DNA of 64,000 bases from Chiloscyllium plagiosum (GCF_004010195.1 NC_057719.1:86411286-86475285), one strand, 5' to 3'. Numbered from the stretch's first letter, positions 25,401 through 40,400 are shown. A program made the numbers and translations. Notes: a model not told the origin generated them from the sequence alone.

Positions 25401-28400
25401 AGGCAGCAGTGCCACCGTGCCGCCCACAAATGAATTGGAAGGATTTGGAGGGATATGGGCCGAGTGCTGGCAGGTGGGATATCTGGTCGGCGTGGATGGG
25501 TTGGACCGAAGAGTCTGTTTCCATGCTGTACATCTCTATGACTCTTATAACTAGTACTTTTCTAGTAACAAAAACAAAAATAGCTTAATCAGCAAAAAAA
25601 GTGTTCTGAACGAGGGTCACTAGATCCAAAACAATAACTTGACTTTCTTTCCACACATAGTGCCAGACCTGTTGAACTTTTCCAGCAATGTTTGCTCTTT
25701 GCATCTGACTTCTAGCATCTACAGTCCTTTTGTTTTTATTTAAAACCATTATTGTAAATCTGATCTGAATGCTGCTCAAGGGCTTGACAACCTTCCTCCC
25801 TCCCTGCCCATTCTTGCCATTTCCTATCTAAACCACTCCTCCAAACTGTTCACCACCTCTCCATTTCACAGCTTCCTTCACTGTACAACCCACTTACCAC
25901 CTCTGTCACTTTTTGATCTTTGCACTCGCCACTTCTCACCAATCTACATTGTCTTCTCCCTCTTCCTCTCCCACTTGCAGCTCTCACTGATTTCCTCCTT
26001 CTCATCAGCCCTCTTCTGGGCCTCATTCCAGTAAATGCTTAGGACAGGGTGCAGGAGAAGAAAGTTGTGGTTAAGAGGTGGCAAGCAGCAGGATCAGGAC
26101 AGGGAATAAATAAAGGAGGTTGAGGAGGTAGCAATGAGTTAGTAGAATGAGTTAGTAAATTTTAAGAATTCTTAATAACTTAAAAGTTAGTATATTAGAG
26201 TTAGAGCAATTTTAGACGAGTTGGTTCAGTGCTGCTAGTAGGTTTTTAATATGAAAAATAACAGGCCGAGAATGTGATCCACCATTATTGCATCTTTTTT
26301 TCTGGGAACGTCATTTTTTTTGTTTGGCATATTTTCATTAGCAAGTTAATTTATGAATAAACAAAACCAAGAACTGGAATGCTGGTAATCTGAAAGAAAA
26401 CAGAAGTCGCTGAAGACACTCAGCGGGTCTGGCACTATCTGTGATTCTGCTTGCTCCTCAGTGTTTCAGGTCCTGTGATCCTCCTTCAAACCTGATGAGT
26501 TTCTTCAGTAACTTGTTTTTGTTAATTTAGGAATACATTAGGAGAAGTAAACAGGAATTGCTGTATCCCCCAATCTTGATAATTAATGTCAAAATGTCAA
26601 TAATCGAACATTTTGCCTTTTAATTGCATACTTTAATTATTTTTTCATGTATGAATCAAGTTCACCAGTTTAGTTCATTACAATGAATGAATTTAATCTC
26701 TGTAAAATATAATAAAGTAAAATGCCATCACTTAGAACCAAATCAAATGATCTATTTGGATTTGTACAGAATGTTAAATTTTCTTTCCTCGAATACATTT
26801 AGCTGTTTCTTAAAACAGGTCTAGCATTCTAGATGAGCTGAAAATGTGTTGCTGGAAAAGTGCAGCAGGTCAGGCAGCATCCAAGGAGCAGGAGAATCGA
26901 CGTTTCGGGCATGAGCCCTTCGTCAGGACCTTCTGGACCCTGAAAAAGGGCTCATGCCCGAAACGTCGATTCTCCTGCTCCTTGGATGCTGCCTGACCTG
27001 CTGCGCTTTTCCAGGAACACATTTTCAGCTCTGATCTCCAGCATCTGCAGTCCTCACTTTCTCCTAGCATTCTAGATGAGCCACTTCTTGGCATATATTG
27101 CAGCTTTAGCCTGCCTTTTGGCCTAAGTAAGCAATTGCGTTGACAGCTTTTTATAAACAACCTGGATGAGGGCGTAGAAGGATGGGTTAGTAAATTTGAG
27201 GATGACGCTAAGGTCGGTAGATTTGTAGATAGTGACGAAGGATGTTGTACCTATGCAGAGGGGCATAGGTAAGCTGCAGAGCTGGGCTGAGAGGTGGCAA
27301 ATGGAGTTTAGTGCAGAAAAGTGTGAGGTGATTCGCTTTGGAAGGAGCGACAGGAATGCAGATTACTGGGCTAAATGGTAAGGTTCTTGGTAATATAGAT
27401 GAGCAGAGAGATCTCAGTGTCCATATACATCCCTGAAAGTTGCCACCTAGGTTGATAAGGTTGTTGAGAAGGCATATGGTGTGTTAGCTTTTATTTGTGG
27501 AGGACTTGACTTTCAGTACCATGAGGCCATGCTGCAGCTGTACAAAACTCTAGTGCGGCCGCACGTGGAGTATTCTGTATAGTTCTGGTCACTGCATTAT
27601 AGGAAGGATGTGGAAGCTTTGGAAAGGGTTCAAAGGAGATTTACTAGGATGTTGCCGGGTATGGAGGGAAGGTCTTGCAAGGAAAGGCTGAGAAACTTAA
27701 GGCTGTTCTCGTTGGAGAAAAGAAAGTTTAGAGGTGACCTTTTTGAGACATTTAAGATAATCAGAGAGTTAGATAGGGTGGACAGTGAGAGCCTTTTTCC
27801 TCGGATGGTGATGGAGGTGGGGTAGCTTTCAATTGAGAAATGATTGATATAGGACAAATGTCAGAGGAAGTTTCTTTACTCAAAAAAGTAGGGGCGTGGA
27901 ATGCATTGCCTGCAGCAGTAGTAGACTCGCCAAATTTAAGGGCGTTTAAATGGTCATTGAATAGACACATGGATGAAAATGAAATAGTGTAGGTTAGGTG
28001 GGCTTCAGACTGGTTTTGGCGCAACATTGAGGGCAGAACAGCCTGGACTGTGCTGTTATGTTCTGTGTTCTAGGTTTATGTGGGAAATGTAGAAGACATG
28101 TTTAAACTTGCGAATGGATGGAGCCAGGTAGATAGAAGCCAATAGAAGTTAAACATATCAGAAACCTCGTCACAGTGTTGTAATTTTTTTTCATCAAACT
28201 GTTCAGAGATGTTATGGCGCAACTCTGGAGCAGGTGGGAATTGGACCCAGGAGTCCTGTCTCAGAGTTAAGGCATTACTACTGGGGGCCACAAGAGCCCC
28301 CATTTCAGTGTTGTATGATGTGGGATTCTCACTCGGGGTTCATGTTTGAAGTAGAAATTGCAGTAGACATTTAAGATTGGAAAGCGCAGTGTCAGAAAAT

Positions 28401-31400
28401 GGGCAGAAGAAAGAGGTATGAGATTAGGGTGAGCAAATGTGATTAGAGCTATTTACTTGTGAAGAGTGTAAGTAGTAGTAGAATTTTATTGGCCTGAGTG
28501 GTTTGTCTAGCACAGTGTGGATGTACCTCCTTCAATATGTCAAGCATTGTTCATACTTGTTTAAGATCCTCATATTTGCTTTCAAAATAAAAAGTCATCA
28601 TTTTAACATTCAGAATAAACCCCAGTTAATCTCTGGTGTGATCAGTAGTTTCTAAATGGCACCCCACCATAATGCATTGGAAACCTCAGGGGTTTGGATA
28701 CTAGGTCATTGAATTCTTAACCTCGTATTCTTGAAAATAATAATCTCAGTACAGTAATAGAAGGCAGTCTTGAAATTTTCCAGGTTTTTTTTACTCCTTC
28801 CTAGAAATATTGACTCCTTCTTCATAGAAACATTGACTCCTTATTGAGTCAGGTAGACTTTGGGCATTGGTTAGAATCAAAACCTGGATGCATTGGCAAG
28901 CTTTATGACAAATGGGAATCATTGTGCATAACCTCTGACCTCCATTCATTCCTTCATTGCCAAGTTTCCACATGTGCATACCATCAGTCACGGTCATTAT
29001 CTTGTGATCAAGAGTAGGACCTTTTTATTTATTTATTTTAACCATCTAGAGTTGGTAAAGTTAATTGTTGCACTCCAATTGCCATTCGAACTAATTCAAA
29101 TTGGAACTTGGGCTTATATGAAAAATGTGTGATTTAGTTCACTCTTCCTTCCTGTGATCATGCGACAGCAGTTGAGGAATTGCTATAAACCAACCTCATT
29201 GCGACTAATACAAATCTGATGACAGGAAATGTACCATTCTCAATAATAGAATCATATTGTGCTATGACTCGGTGGAAGTGTTCCATCACTGATCTTAAAA
29301 AGAAAAACAATTAGCATCTGTTATGACCAGTAGATTTCCCCCATTTCCCTCAACAAAGTCTAGGATGGATTCAGTTTTATAAATGTATTTTAAAGCAGTC
29401 CTTAATATAAGTCCTAAGTGTGTATATGCTAATAAATAGCAAATTGAATCATCTGTGTGATTTTGTTTTATTGAGCATTTGATTAACTGTTATGACCTGT
29501 TGCAAATTAATATTTCATAAGTTGTGCATACTGTATTTTCTTTTTAACTTAGTTGTTATTCTCTGGTATTCAGTTTGATGACATTTACAGAAAAACCTCA
29601 ATTATCAGAAGGACATGGGCGAGCAGTATTTCATTCGGATAATCAAATACCGAGCATCGGGACCTTGCAATCATGTTCGGATAATCTGTCATTCAGATAA
29701 TTGTATGCCAGATAATCGAAGTTCCTCTGTACTCTGTAAGATAATGCAGTGAAACATTACATTGGCTTCTCTATTATAAGAGTTTGTACGAAGGTTCAAA
29801 ATCAGTCGTACTGGAAGCTTGCATGAAGATTCAAGAGAAGATAAGTTAGGAAGTAAAGTCTGATAAATCAATATATGGTTTTTTTTTTCCTGGAGGTAGA
29901 GGGTGAACAAGTTTAAGCTTCTGGGAATTACTTGAGGTTAGTAGGTGCACTGGTGATGTGAATTTAATAATCCTGTAGTATTTTGCTGTATGTAGTGAAG
30001 TATACTAGTTTTGTCATGTTTGTATTTTAAACGATGGTAAATATCCAGTCCATTAGTTGTGGTTGAGAGCGGTGCTAGGCAGCACTGCTTACAAGTTTGA
30101 TGTCATCTTTTTAGGCGATTGAAGAGAGACTTTTTTTAATCTTAAGTTGTGCAAGTTTGGAACGCTCCACCTCAGAAAATGGTGAATTATGAGGTTATTA
30201 AATGTTTTTAAGGCAGAGGTAGATGGTGTCCTGTTAGATAAGGAAATCAAAGGTTAATGAGGTTAAATGTATTTGTGGAGTTCTGGACGCAAACATACCA
30301 ACCATAATTTTTTTTGTAAAGTAGATTTAGGCCTGAATTCATATGTTTGTGTAGTAGCAGGTTTTTGATAGTCCAAACTGGAGTGAGCACCTTCAGCATC
30401 AACATTAGTTAAAGTAGTTAAGAGAGCATCATGCAAACCTGACATGCTGGTTTCAGTGACGTTTTCCCACAACATACAGGTAGCACGCTAGAACACTGGT
30501 ATGTCAATAGAAAAGTGTGTTTTTTCTTAATTGAGTTCTAATATTTTCTTTCTCTTATAGAAAATAATATTTATGTTCATGACTTACTTACGTTCCAACA
30601 AATTACTGTGGTTACCAAGGCCAAAAGTGCCAGTCTGTTTTCGTGTGACTTAAAGGTAAGAAGCAAGATGTACAAAATAGTAGTATTACTTATGCTTTGC
30701 AGGAATATGGGATATCTCCCAAATTTAAAATAGAAATCAAAGAAAGTGATGCTGCTGTCATAATTTGTGTTTTTCCTTCTGTTGGGCTTCACCAATAAAG
30801 TAGAGAGAGCATGTGAGAAAATAAAGATGCATGTGTCACTGTTGGTAATGCTGTTTCTTTAATGCTCCTAAGTAGTTCCACAGGCTTCCTTTCCTTTAAA
30901 AATAGAGAAATTCTCTTCCCCCACCACTTTTGGAAAAATGAACCACATTCTTATTCTGAAGCTTTTGCTGGTGGTTGATATACATTTACACAATACAAGC
31001 AACCTTGTAGCATTGGTAAGTGCTTTATATTTGAGTCCAGACAGTGACTAGGGGAGATCGGGAAATACAGTAAAATAAAGCAATTGTACTAACTGCTGTC
31101 TTCACACATGCATTTTCCAGAAATATCCCAAGATACTTTTTCATTTCTTTTTAAAATACAGCATACCACAAACAACTATTGCCGGCTGAGACTACTAATC
31201 AAAGTCAGGTTGGCACAGCTTCATGCTTGCTACACTAGACAGTGTTTTTATTTGCTATTGTAATCTGGAATGCAGGTTCAGAATTTAATTTTATGCATCG
31301 ACATGAATAATAATTTTTAACATGGACTCTGTTATTTGGGAACAACCCAGTATAAACTAACTTGTATTTTAAAAATTCAAGGAAAGGCCTGTAAGATACT

Positions 31401-34400
31401 TTGAAATTCATTTGTATTCTGGGCATTTTGCCTCGTTAAAACCTTTTTTTTATATTTCTTCTATGCAACCTCTCCTGTTTTTGTTTTAGTTCTGTCTTTT
31501 TTGTTTTCCTTAGATATTCCTGCTTTATTTTCCTGACAATGAAAAGATAAATTGCTGTCAGTGTTGAGATGGTTGCAAAACTGGTTTATAGGGATTCCAG
31601 GAAGCTGTACCGCTGTTCTAACTTACTCAACATTTTTCACTCATCTTTTAGCCTTTTCTTTAAAAAAAAAGCCAAGCGCTGCCTTCCATCTACAAAACTG
31701 ACTGGCAGATTTCTAGGTTTTTTTTAAAATGTCTTTTCAATTGGATATAAACATTTTGGCAAAGTTGGTATTTGTTATTTATTCCTAATTGCACTTGAGC
31801 TGCTCCTGACATGTTCTCTTGCACTTCTCAGTGCAGATATGGGACTTAATGTATTCACAGCTGAGTATTAGTGAATTTCACAGCTGAGAAAAATTCAGAG
31901 AACAGAACTTTCGTTTTGCCATTAAAACGTATTTTCTAATACACAATTAAGTTTAAACATACATATCACCAATGTCGGAGTTATTGCCCATTTTCTCCCC
32001 CAGAAATCCCATTACAAATCTGGCTTCTTCTGGCTGAGTTGCATGGCTCAGCCACTCCATTGTCTTAATAGCCATTGTAAGAACCCTGAACGAAAGTTTG
32101 ATCTTTGGACCTAAAGATGTATTTTCTATCTTCTGATTGTAGATGAGGAAGATCTGGTTGCAGTGATCATTATGCAGTCACATGTTAGAATAATGAAAAA
32201 TAAAATTGTTGTAGATTCAATATAAATAAAAGTCAGTTTGTGAACACTATTTGTAACTCCTGGATTTGTGTTGATTTGTACATCAAGATATTTATATTCC
32301 ATATTAGCAAGTTGTCAATTATATATTTTCAGATGTTTCAACCAAAGGAAATTGGACTGACTGGGATTTCTTGGATCAATTGTTAATGTATTCTGTGTTT
32401 TTAGCGATCTGACAGTGATGAGCTGATTCTCAATATGTGTGTAGCTGTGAAGAAGAAACTTCAACTCTACTACTGGCGGGACCGAGAGTTTCACGAAACG
32501 CAGGTGAGTCATTCTCAACTCGAGATCTCCAGGAAAATATTATAAAACAAAGAGCCTGTATCCAGAATCCATGATCTCCTGAAGATTAAATGGAAGTGCA
32601 GAAGTCGTATCTTGATCCATCTTCTTTATGATGTAAAGTGACTAGACTTTGAGAATTTTCTGATTTCATTCAGCTATCATTGACCAGCTAATTTATTTTG
32701 TGATGATGAATGTGAAAGAGATATAAAGAACACCAGCTCCCCAGCTCTTCTTCACACCAGTTCAATGGATCTTTTAAATCCACCAGACAGATTGAGCTTC
32801 TGTTTAACGCCTGATTAGAAGGATGATAGTGCAATTCAAAAAAAACAACAGTATGAATCAGGGAAAGAGCAGACCATTTTTGAATCTGCTTCATCATTCA
32901 ATAATGGCATGACTGATGTGAACATATTCTGCTTACCTCTTTGCTTCACAAGAATATATCTGCCTCTACTTGAAAAATATTCACCCACCTTTTGTGGTAG
33001 AGAGTTCCAAAGACTATGACCCTCTGAGAAAATTTTTTCTTTGTCCTAAATGGGTGACACTTCATTTTGAAGAGGAAGCTTCCTTTTCACCCTCAAGATC
33101 TGGTATGTTTCAATCAAGGGAATTCTTATTGTTCTAAGTTTTGTGAGAAAAGCCTAAAACAACCTACCCATTGCAGGAATAATCCCATAACTCGCCAGTG
33201 CCTATCCACCATCTACAGAGCACCAAGGCAGGGTGAGTGCGGATCCAAAACCCAAATTATTGACACAATGCAGGAAAAATCTGTTTAATTAGCACTCCGT
33301 CCACCAGCTTCAGTGTTCATTTGCTTTCCCACTGACGCTCAGTGGCAGCAATGTACACCATGACCAAGATGTGCTGCAGTAACTAACAAAGTTCATGTGT
33401 TTACACCTTCCAATACCACCATCTTTACCATCCAGAAGGTAGCAGATGTTTGAGACAATGACTATTTGCAAATTCCCGTCCTCGTAAAGCATCATCCTGT
33501 TACAACTATGACTGGCAAAATGTGCTAATATCGAGCGCCACTACTCCACTGGTTACGCTATTAGTATAAATGTGTTGACTCCATTGCCAAAATGGCCAAT
33601 TGTTTCTTTCTCGTACTGCTGTCTGCAATAACAGACTTCTACCAAGCTTCTTTAATGAACTTAAGATAATTCATTGTGGGTGGCACGGTCACTCAGTGGT
33701 TAGTACTCTTACCTCAGTGCCAGGGACTGAGGAGTGATTCCACCTTTGGTCTGTGTGGATTAGATTAGATTCCCTACAGTATGGAAATAGGCCCTTTGAC
33801 CCAACAAGTCCACACCGACACTCCGAAGAGTAACCCTACCCTATATTTACCCCTGACTATGCACCTAACACTATGGGCAATTTAGCATGGCTAATTTACC
33901 TAACTTACACATCTTTGGATTGTGGGAGGAAACCGGAGCACCCGGAGGAAACCCACGCAGTCGTGGCGAGAATGTGCAAACTCCGCACAGACAGTCGGCC
34001 TAGGAAGCAATTGAACCCAGGCCTCTGGCACTGTGAGGCAGCAGAACTAACCACTGAGCAACCGTGCCGCCCTAGTTTGTGCATTGTCACTATGTCTGCA
34101 TGGATTTCCTCTACGTGCTCCAGTTTTGGCCCACAATCCAAAGATGTGCATGTTAGGTGGATTGGCTGTGCTAAATTGCCCATAGTGTTCAGGCTAGATG
34201 GATTAGCCATGGGAAATGCAGGGTTACAGGGATAGGTTAGGGGTGTGGGTCTGGTTGAGTTGCTGTTTGGAGGGTTGGTGTGATATTGATAGGCCGAATG
34301 GCCCATTTACACACTTTAGGAATTCTATGATTCAATGAGTTATAAACAAAACTTTTTTTATATTTAAAAAAAGGGCAACCACCAGCTTTCCCTCTGATTT

Positions 34401-37400
34401 TTTTTAAATAATTGCCCAGGCCTCTGAGGCCTGTGTGTGGCAGCAACATCCAGAACCGGAAGCAAATGTTGTGATCAGCATATGCAGAACGTAAGAGAGG
34501 GTGTGCAGCCGCATGTTTTAGAATGAATGATGACCACTACTGCTATGGACAGCTGGTTTGTGATGCAGTGTGCTGCCAACTCAGAGGCTGGAGGGAGAGG
34601 ATTGCCTCGTTGATTAAGTAAACTGACGTTCCTTGGTGAAATTCTACATCAACCCTACCTAGTGGCACTGTAGATGTGCCTAACTCCTGTGGACTGAAGA
34701 GCTTCAAGAACATACCTCACAACTGTATGGTCAAGAACATTTAGTGATGAGAAATGCCTGCTGGCTCAGCTGGCAATATGGTCAAATACTTAAAGAACCA
34801 ACCCCCTTTACCCTGTCACTGACCCCAGCCATCATCGTTCCCACCATGATGGGCTGAATTAAATCTAGTCCTATATATCTAATGTGTTTCCTAAACAGAC
34901 CAAAATTGGATCTTCTAAGTAGTATTGTTGTTTATATGATGGCCTATTTTCTTGCACATATTGTTTGTTCAGGTGTGTGAGCCAAATTCTTCAGTAAGTA
35001 GCGAAAGCAGAGTGCAGACAAATTTGATAGTTTTTGTGACAAAAGAAGCAATTGAAATGTGAGAGAGAGAACAGTGTATCGTGGTAATATTGTATTAAGA
35101 TTCAGACCAGCCTGCTGAACCGCAAATGGCCGCTGGTCCTACATATTGCAATACTAACTGAAGCGCATTCAAAGAATGAGGGATCAACTGAAACCAATTA
35201 TCATCTGTCTTTGTTACAGGCAGATTTCAGCGTTCCTGATGTTCCTAAGTCCATGGCTTGGTGTGAGAATTCTATCTGCGTGGGCTTTAAAAGGGATTAT
35301 TATCTTATCCGGGTATGTAGTTTGAAGTTTTTGAGCATGACACTTCACAAAAAATTTAATCTTGTCAGGTGTGCAAAATAAAGCCGAATGGAGATGCAGA
35401 GACATATGATGGAGAATGGGCAAAGAGGGTATTTGTAACCTAACAAATTTATCATATTGAAGACATAAGAATTACAAGGAGGAGAAGGCAATTCAGGCCT
35501 TGGCGTCTGCTCCACCGTTCAACATGATCATAGCTGATCTTATCATGATATCAGCTCCATTTCCTGTCTGCTCCCCATAGCCCTTTATCCTGCCTTTCAT
35601 CAAACAGAATTTCTTTCTTGAACCTTTTTTGATTCTGTCTCCACTCCACTCTGGGCAGAGAGTTCCACAGATTCACAATCTTTTGAGAAAAGTAGTTTCT
35701 CCTCATCTCAGTTTTGAACCTGCCTCCTCTCACTCTATATCTATGGCTTTTTGTTCGAGACTGTCCCACAAGAGAGAACATCTGCACAGCATACACCTTA
35801 TCAATCTCCTTCAGCATTTCATATACCTCAATTGGATTCCCATCATTTCTCTGCACTCCAACAAGCCCAAGCTATTCAACTGTTCCTTACATGACAGCCC
35901 TTTCATCTCTTGAATCAATCTGGTGAACCTCCTGTGAACTGCAACCACATCACTCAGTGGCTCAGTGGTTAGCACTGCTCCCTCATAGCACCATGGAACC
36001 TGAGTTTGATTCCAGCCTCTGGCGACTGTCTGTGTGGAATTTGCGCATTCTCCCTGTGTCTATGTGGGTTCCCCCTGGTTCCTCTGGTTTCCTCCCACAG
36101 TCCAGAGATGTTCATTTTAGGTGAATTGGCTGTGCTAAATTGCCCATAGTGTTCAGGGATGTGTAGGTTAGGTGCATTAGTCAGGGGTAAGTAGAGGGTA
36201 GAAGGAATGGGTCTGGGTGGGTTACTCTTCAGAGAGTCGGTGTGGACTTGTTGGGCCATAGAGCCTGTTTCCATACTGTAGGGATTCTGTGTATGAATTC
36301 TATCATTCCTGAAGTTTGGAGAACAAATCTGAACAAAATATTCCAGGTGTGGTCTCACCAATGCCTTATAGAGCCTTACAGTGCAGTACAAGCCCTTCGG
36401 CCCTCGATGTTGTGCTGACCTGTGAAGCCCATCTAAGCTGTACTATTCCATTATCATCCATAAGTTTGTCCAGTGACCATTTAAATGCCCTTAAAGTTGG
36501 CAAGTCTGCTACTGTTGCAGGCAGGGAGTTTCACACCCTTACTACTCTGAGTAAAGAACCTACCTCTGACATTTGTTCTGTATCTATCACCCTCAATTTA
36601 AAGCTATGTCCCCTCATGCTAATCATCACCATCTGAGGAAACAGGCTCTCACTGTTATTAAGTCACCTCTCAACCTTCTTCTCTCTAACAAAAATGGCCT
36701 CAAGTCCCTTTCCTCAAAAGACCTTCCCTCCATACCAGGCAAAATACTGGTAAATCTCTTCTGCATCTTTTCCAATGATTCCACATCCTTCCTGTAATGC
36801 AGTGACCAGAACTGTATGCAATACTCCAAGTGCAGCCGCACTAGTGTTTTGTATAGCTATGACATGACCTGATGGCTCCGAAACTCAATCCCTCTACCAG
36901 TAAAAGCTACCACACCACACACTTTCATAACACTTTGGCGGTAACTTTCAGAGATCTATGAACATAGATCATAGACACTGAGATAACTGCTCATCCACAC
37001 TATCAAGAATCTTAATTAACCCAGTACTGTTTATTCCTTCCAAAGTGAATCACCTCACACTTTTCCAACTTAAACTCCATTTGCCACCTGTCAGCCCAGC
37101 TCTGCAGCTTATCTATGTCCCTTTGTAACCTGAAACAGCCTTCCGCACTGTCCACAACTCTGTCGACCTTAGTGTTATCCGCAAATTTTCTAATCCATCC
37201 TTCTATACCCTCATCTAGATCATTTATATAAATGACATGGCAGTAACCCCAAAACAGATCCTTGCGGTACACCACTGGTAACTGAACTCTAGGATGAACA
37301 TTTCCCATCAGCCACCACCCCGTGTCTTCTTTCAGCTAGCCAATTTCTGATCCAAACCGCTAAATCACCCTCAATCCCATGCCTCCATGTTTGTGGAGTA

Positions 37401-40400
37401 GCCTACCGTGGGGAACCTTATCAAACGCCTTACTGAAATCCATACACACCACATTAATGGCTTTATCCTCATCCACCTGTTTGGTCACCACCTCAATGAA
37501 CTCAATACAGTTTGTGAGGCTCGACCTACCCTTTACAAAACCATGTTGACTACCCCTAATCATATGTCAGTATTCTTCAGTTGTCCTGCCCTTTAATATT
37601 TTTTGCCCAGCCTGCATGGAACAACTTCTTCCTCAGGCCTGTATTATCTTTGCCCAGCACTAAAATTCTCTTATGCAATTCAGTCTTCACTCTCTTAATC
37701 GGAATTTGAAACTCTAGCATGTTGTTGTCACTCCTTCCAAGAGAATCCTGAACTACAAGACATTTTATCAATCCTTCCTTGTTACATAATACCAAATCTA
37801 AAGTAGCCAGTTCTCTGGTTGGCTTCATGACATGTTGCTCTCGGAGACAATCTCTCATACACTCTATGAACCTTTTCTTTGAGGCTCCCCTTCCCAAGTT
37901 GATTAATCCAATCAATATGCACATTCAAATCACCCATATACCATTGTGCCCTTCTCACAAGCCGTCATTATTTCCTGGTTTATTCTCTGCCTTATGTTCA
38001 CCCAGATGAATTCAGCATTTTGGTTCCTCGTGGCAGTATCATTTCTTAAAAGCCTCGATGTTATCCTTAACTAATAAAGCAACTTCACCTCCTGCTCCTT
38101 CTGGTCTATCCTTTTGGAATATTGAGTATCCTTGGACATTTTAACTCCCAGTCTGGTTCATCTTGTATCCCTGTTTCAGTAATCCGCACCTTGATTGTTT
38201 AAATCTCTCATCTGTTAGAATGACCATGATAGTTTCACTTCTTTCATATATAAATCAGAAAACTTTTTTTTAAAAGTTATCTTCTCAGGTTAACTTAACA
38301 ATTGGTGTCAGCCAAATAAGATGTTGAAGGTGTTAGCCCCCTGTGTTCTGTCGTCTGTGCCATACGGTTTAGACTGATTCTAATCTTAAAAAATGAGTTT
38401 TCTGCCCCACCAAAATGGACCCCTTGGTTCTTGCAGCAGACACGGAGGAGTTCATTAGACGAATGAGACTTCGGGAATTATTTCAGGTGCCAGCAGTGGT
38501 CCCAACAAGCCCACTGACGAACCGGAACAGTCATCACAGGGATCTGTAGACAAGTGACCAAAGAAGGAGTCAACTTGGACCCCACCAGAGGGCCGCTGCC
38601 CTGGGCTTGATCTGTATGCTTAAACCATTAGGAAATATATAAATGCCAGGTTCATCAGCCATACCCACAAGGTAGTGGAAAACACCACCCGTTCATAACG
38701 CAACATCATCCATGGTGTCAAAACTAATCACAACATTGTCATCAAACCAGCAGATAAAGGAGGACCCATTGTCCTTCAGAATAGAACAGATTACTGCAAG
38801 GAAGTGTACCGAAAACTGAACAACCAGGAACACTACAGGCAACCACTGGCTGATCCGACCAAAGAACACACCCATGAACTAAACATGTTGATCAGGCCTT
38901 TGGATCCAGTCCTTCAGAGTTCCCTATGTGCCCTCATCCCACATACTTCTCGTGTAGGTGACTTCTGCTGCCTTCCAAAGATGCACAAAGCCAATACACC
39001 AGGACGTCCCATCATATCAGGCAATGGGACACTGTGAGAATCTCTCTGGCTATGTCAAAGGCATCTTGAAACCCATTGTACAGGGGATCCCCAGCTTCTG
39101 TTGCGACACCAAGGATTTCTTACAGAAACTCAGCACCCCCGGACCAATCAAACCGAGAACGTTCCTCGTCACAACGGATGTCTCAGCACTCTACACCAGC
39201 ATCCCCCACAATGACTGCATCGCAGCAACAGCTTCAGTACTCAACACCAACAACTGTCAATCTCCGAACACTGTCCTACAATTCATCCGCTTTATCCTCG
39301 ATCACAACGTCTTCACCTCTGACAATCAGTTTTTTATCCAGACACATGGAACAGCCATGGGGAGTAAATTTGCACCCCAATATGCAACATCCTCCATGCA
39401 CAGGTTCGAACAAGACTTCTTCTCTATGCAGGACCTCCAACCAACATTAAGCACTAGGTGCATTGATAACATTTTCTTCCTTTGGAGCCATGGCGAGGAG
39501 TCACTGATAAAACGACACCGTGATATCAACAAGTTTAATCCCACCATCAAACTCACCATGGACTACTCTCTACTATCTGTCTCATTCTTGGACACATGTA
39601 TCTTCATCAAGGATGGACACCTCAGCACCACACTCTACCACAAACCCACAGACAACCTCACAATGATACACTTCTCCAGCTTCCACCCAAAACATCCCCT
39701 ATGGACAAGCCCTACGCATACATCAGATCTGTTCAGATGAGGAGGAACGTGACTGGCACCTGGAAGTACTCAGGGATGCCCTCCTAAGAACTGGGTACGA
39801 TGCTCAACTCATTGACCACCAGTTCCAACGTGCCACAGCTAGGAACTGCAATGACCTCCTCAGGAGACAGACATGTGCTGCAACCGACAGGGTACACTTT
39901 GTTGTCCAGTACTTCCCAGGAGCTGAAAAACTACGCCATATTCTTCAAGACCTGCAACACATTATCATTGAGGATGAGCACCTCGCCAAGACCTTCCCCA
40001 TACCTCCACTGCTCGCCTTTAAACAACTACCAAATCTCAAACAGAATATTGTTCGTAGCAAACTGCCTGGCTTTCAGAACAACTCCATACGACCCTGTCA
40101 TGGTAGACATTGCAAGACATGTTAGAGTGTGGACATGGATGCCACCATTACGTGTGGGGACACCTCCCACCATGTATGCGGCAGGTACTCAGCCAACATT
40201 GTCTATCTCATATGCTGCAGGCAAGGATGCCCTGATAATGGTTCATTGGTGAGACCGAGCAAAGGCGATGGCAACGGATGAATGGGCGCTGCACAACAGT
40301 CACCAGGCAGGAGTGTTCCCTCCCATTTGGGGAACACTTCAGCAGTCCAGGATGTTCGACCTCGGACCTTCGGGTGACCATCCTCCAAGGAGGAATTCGG

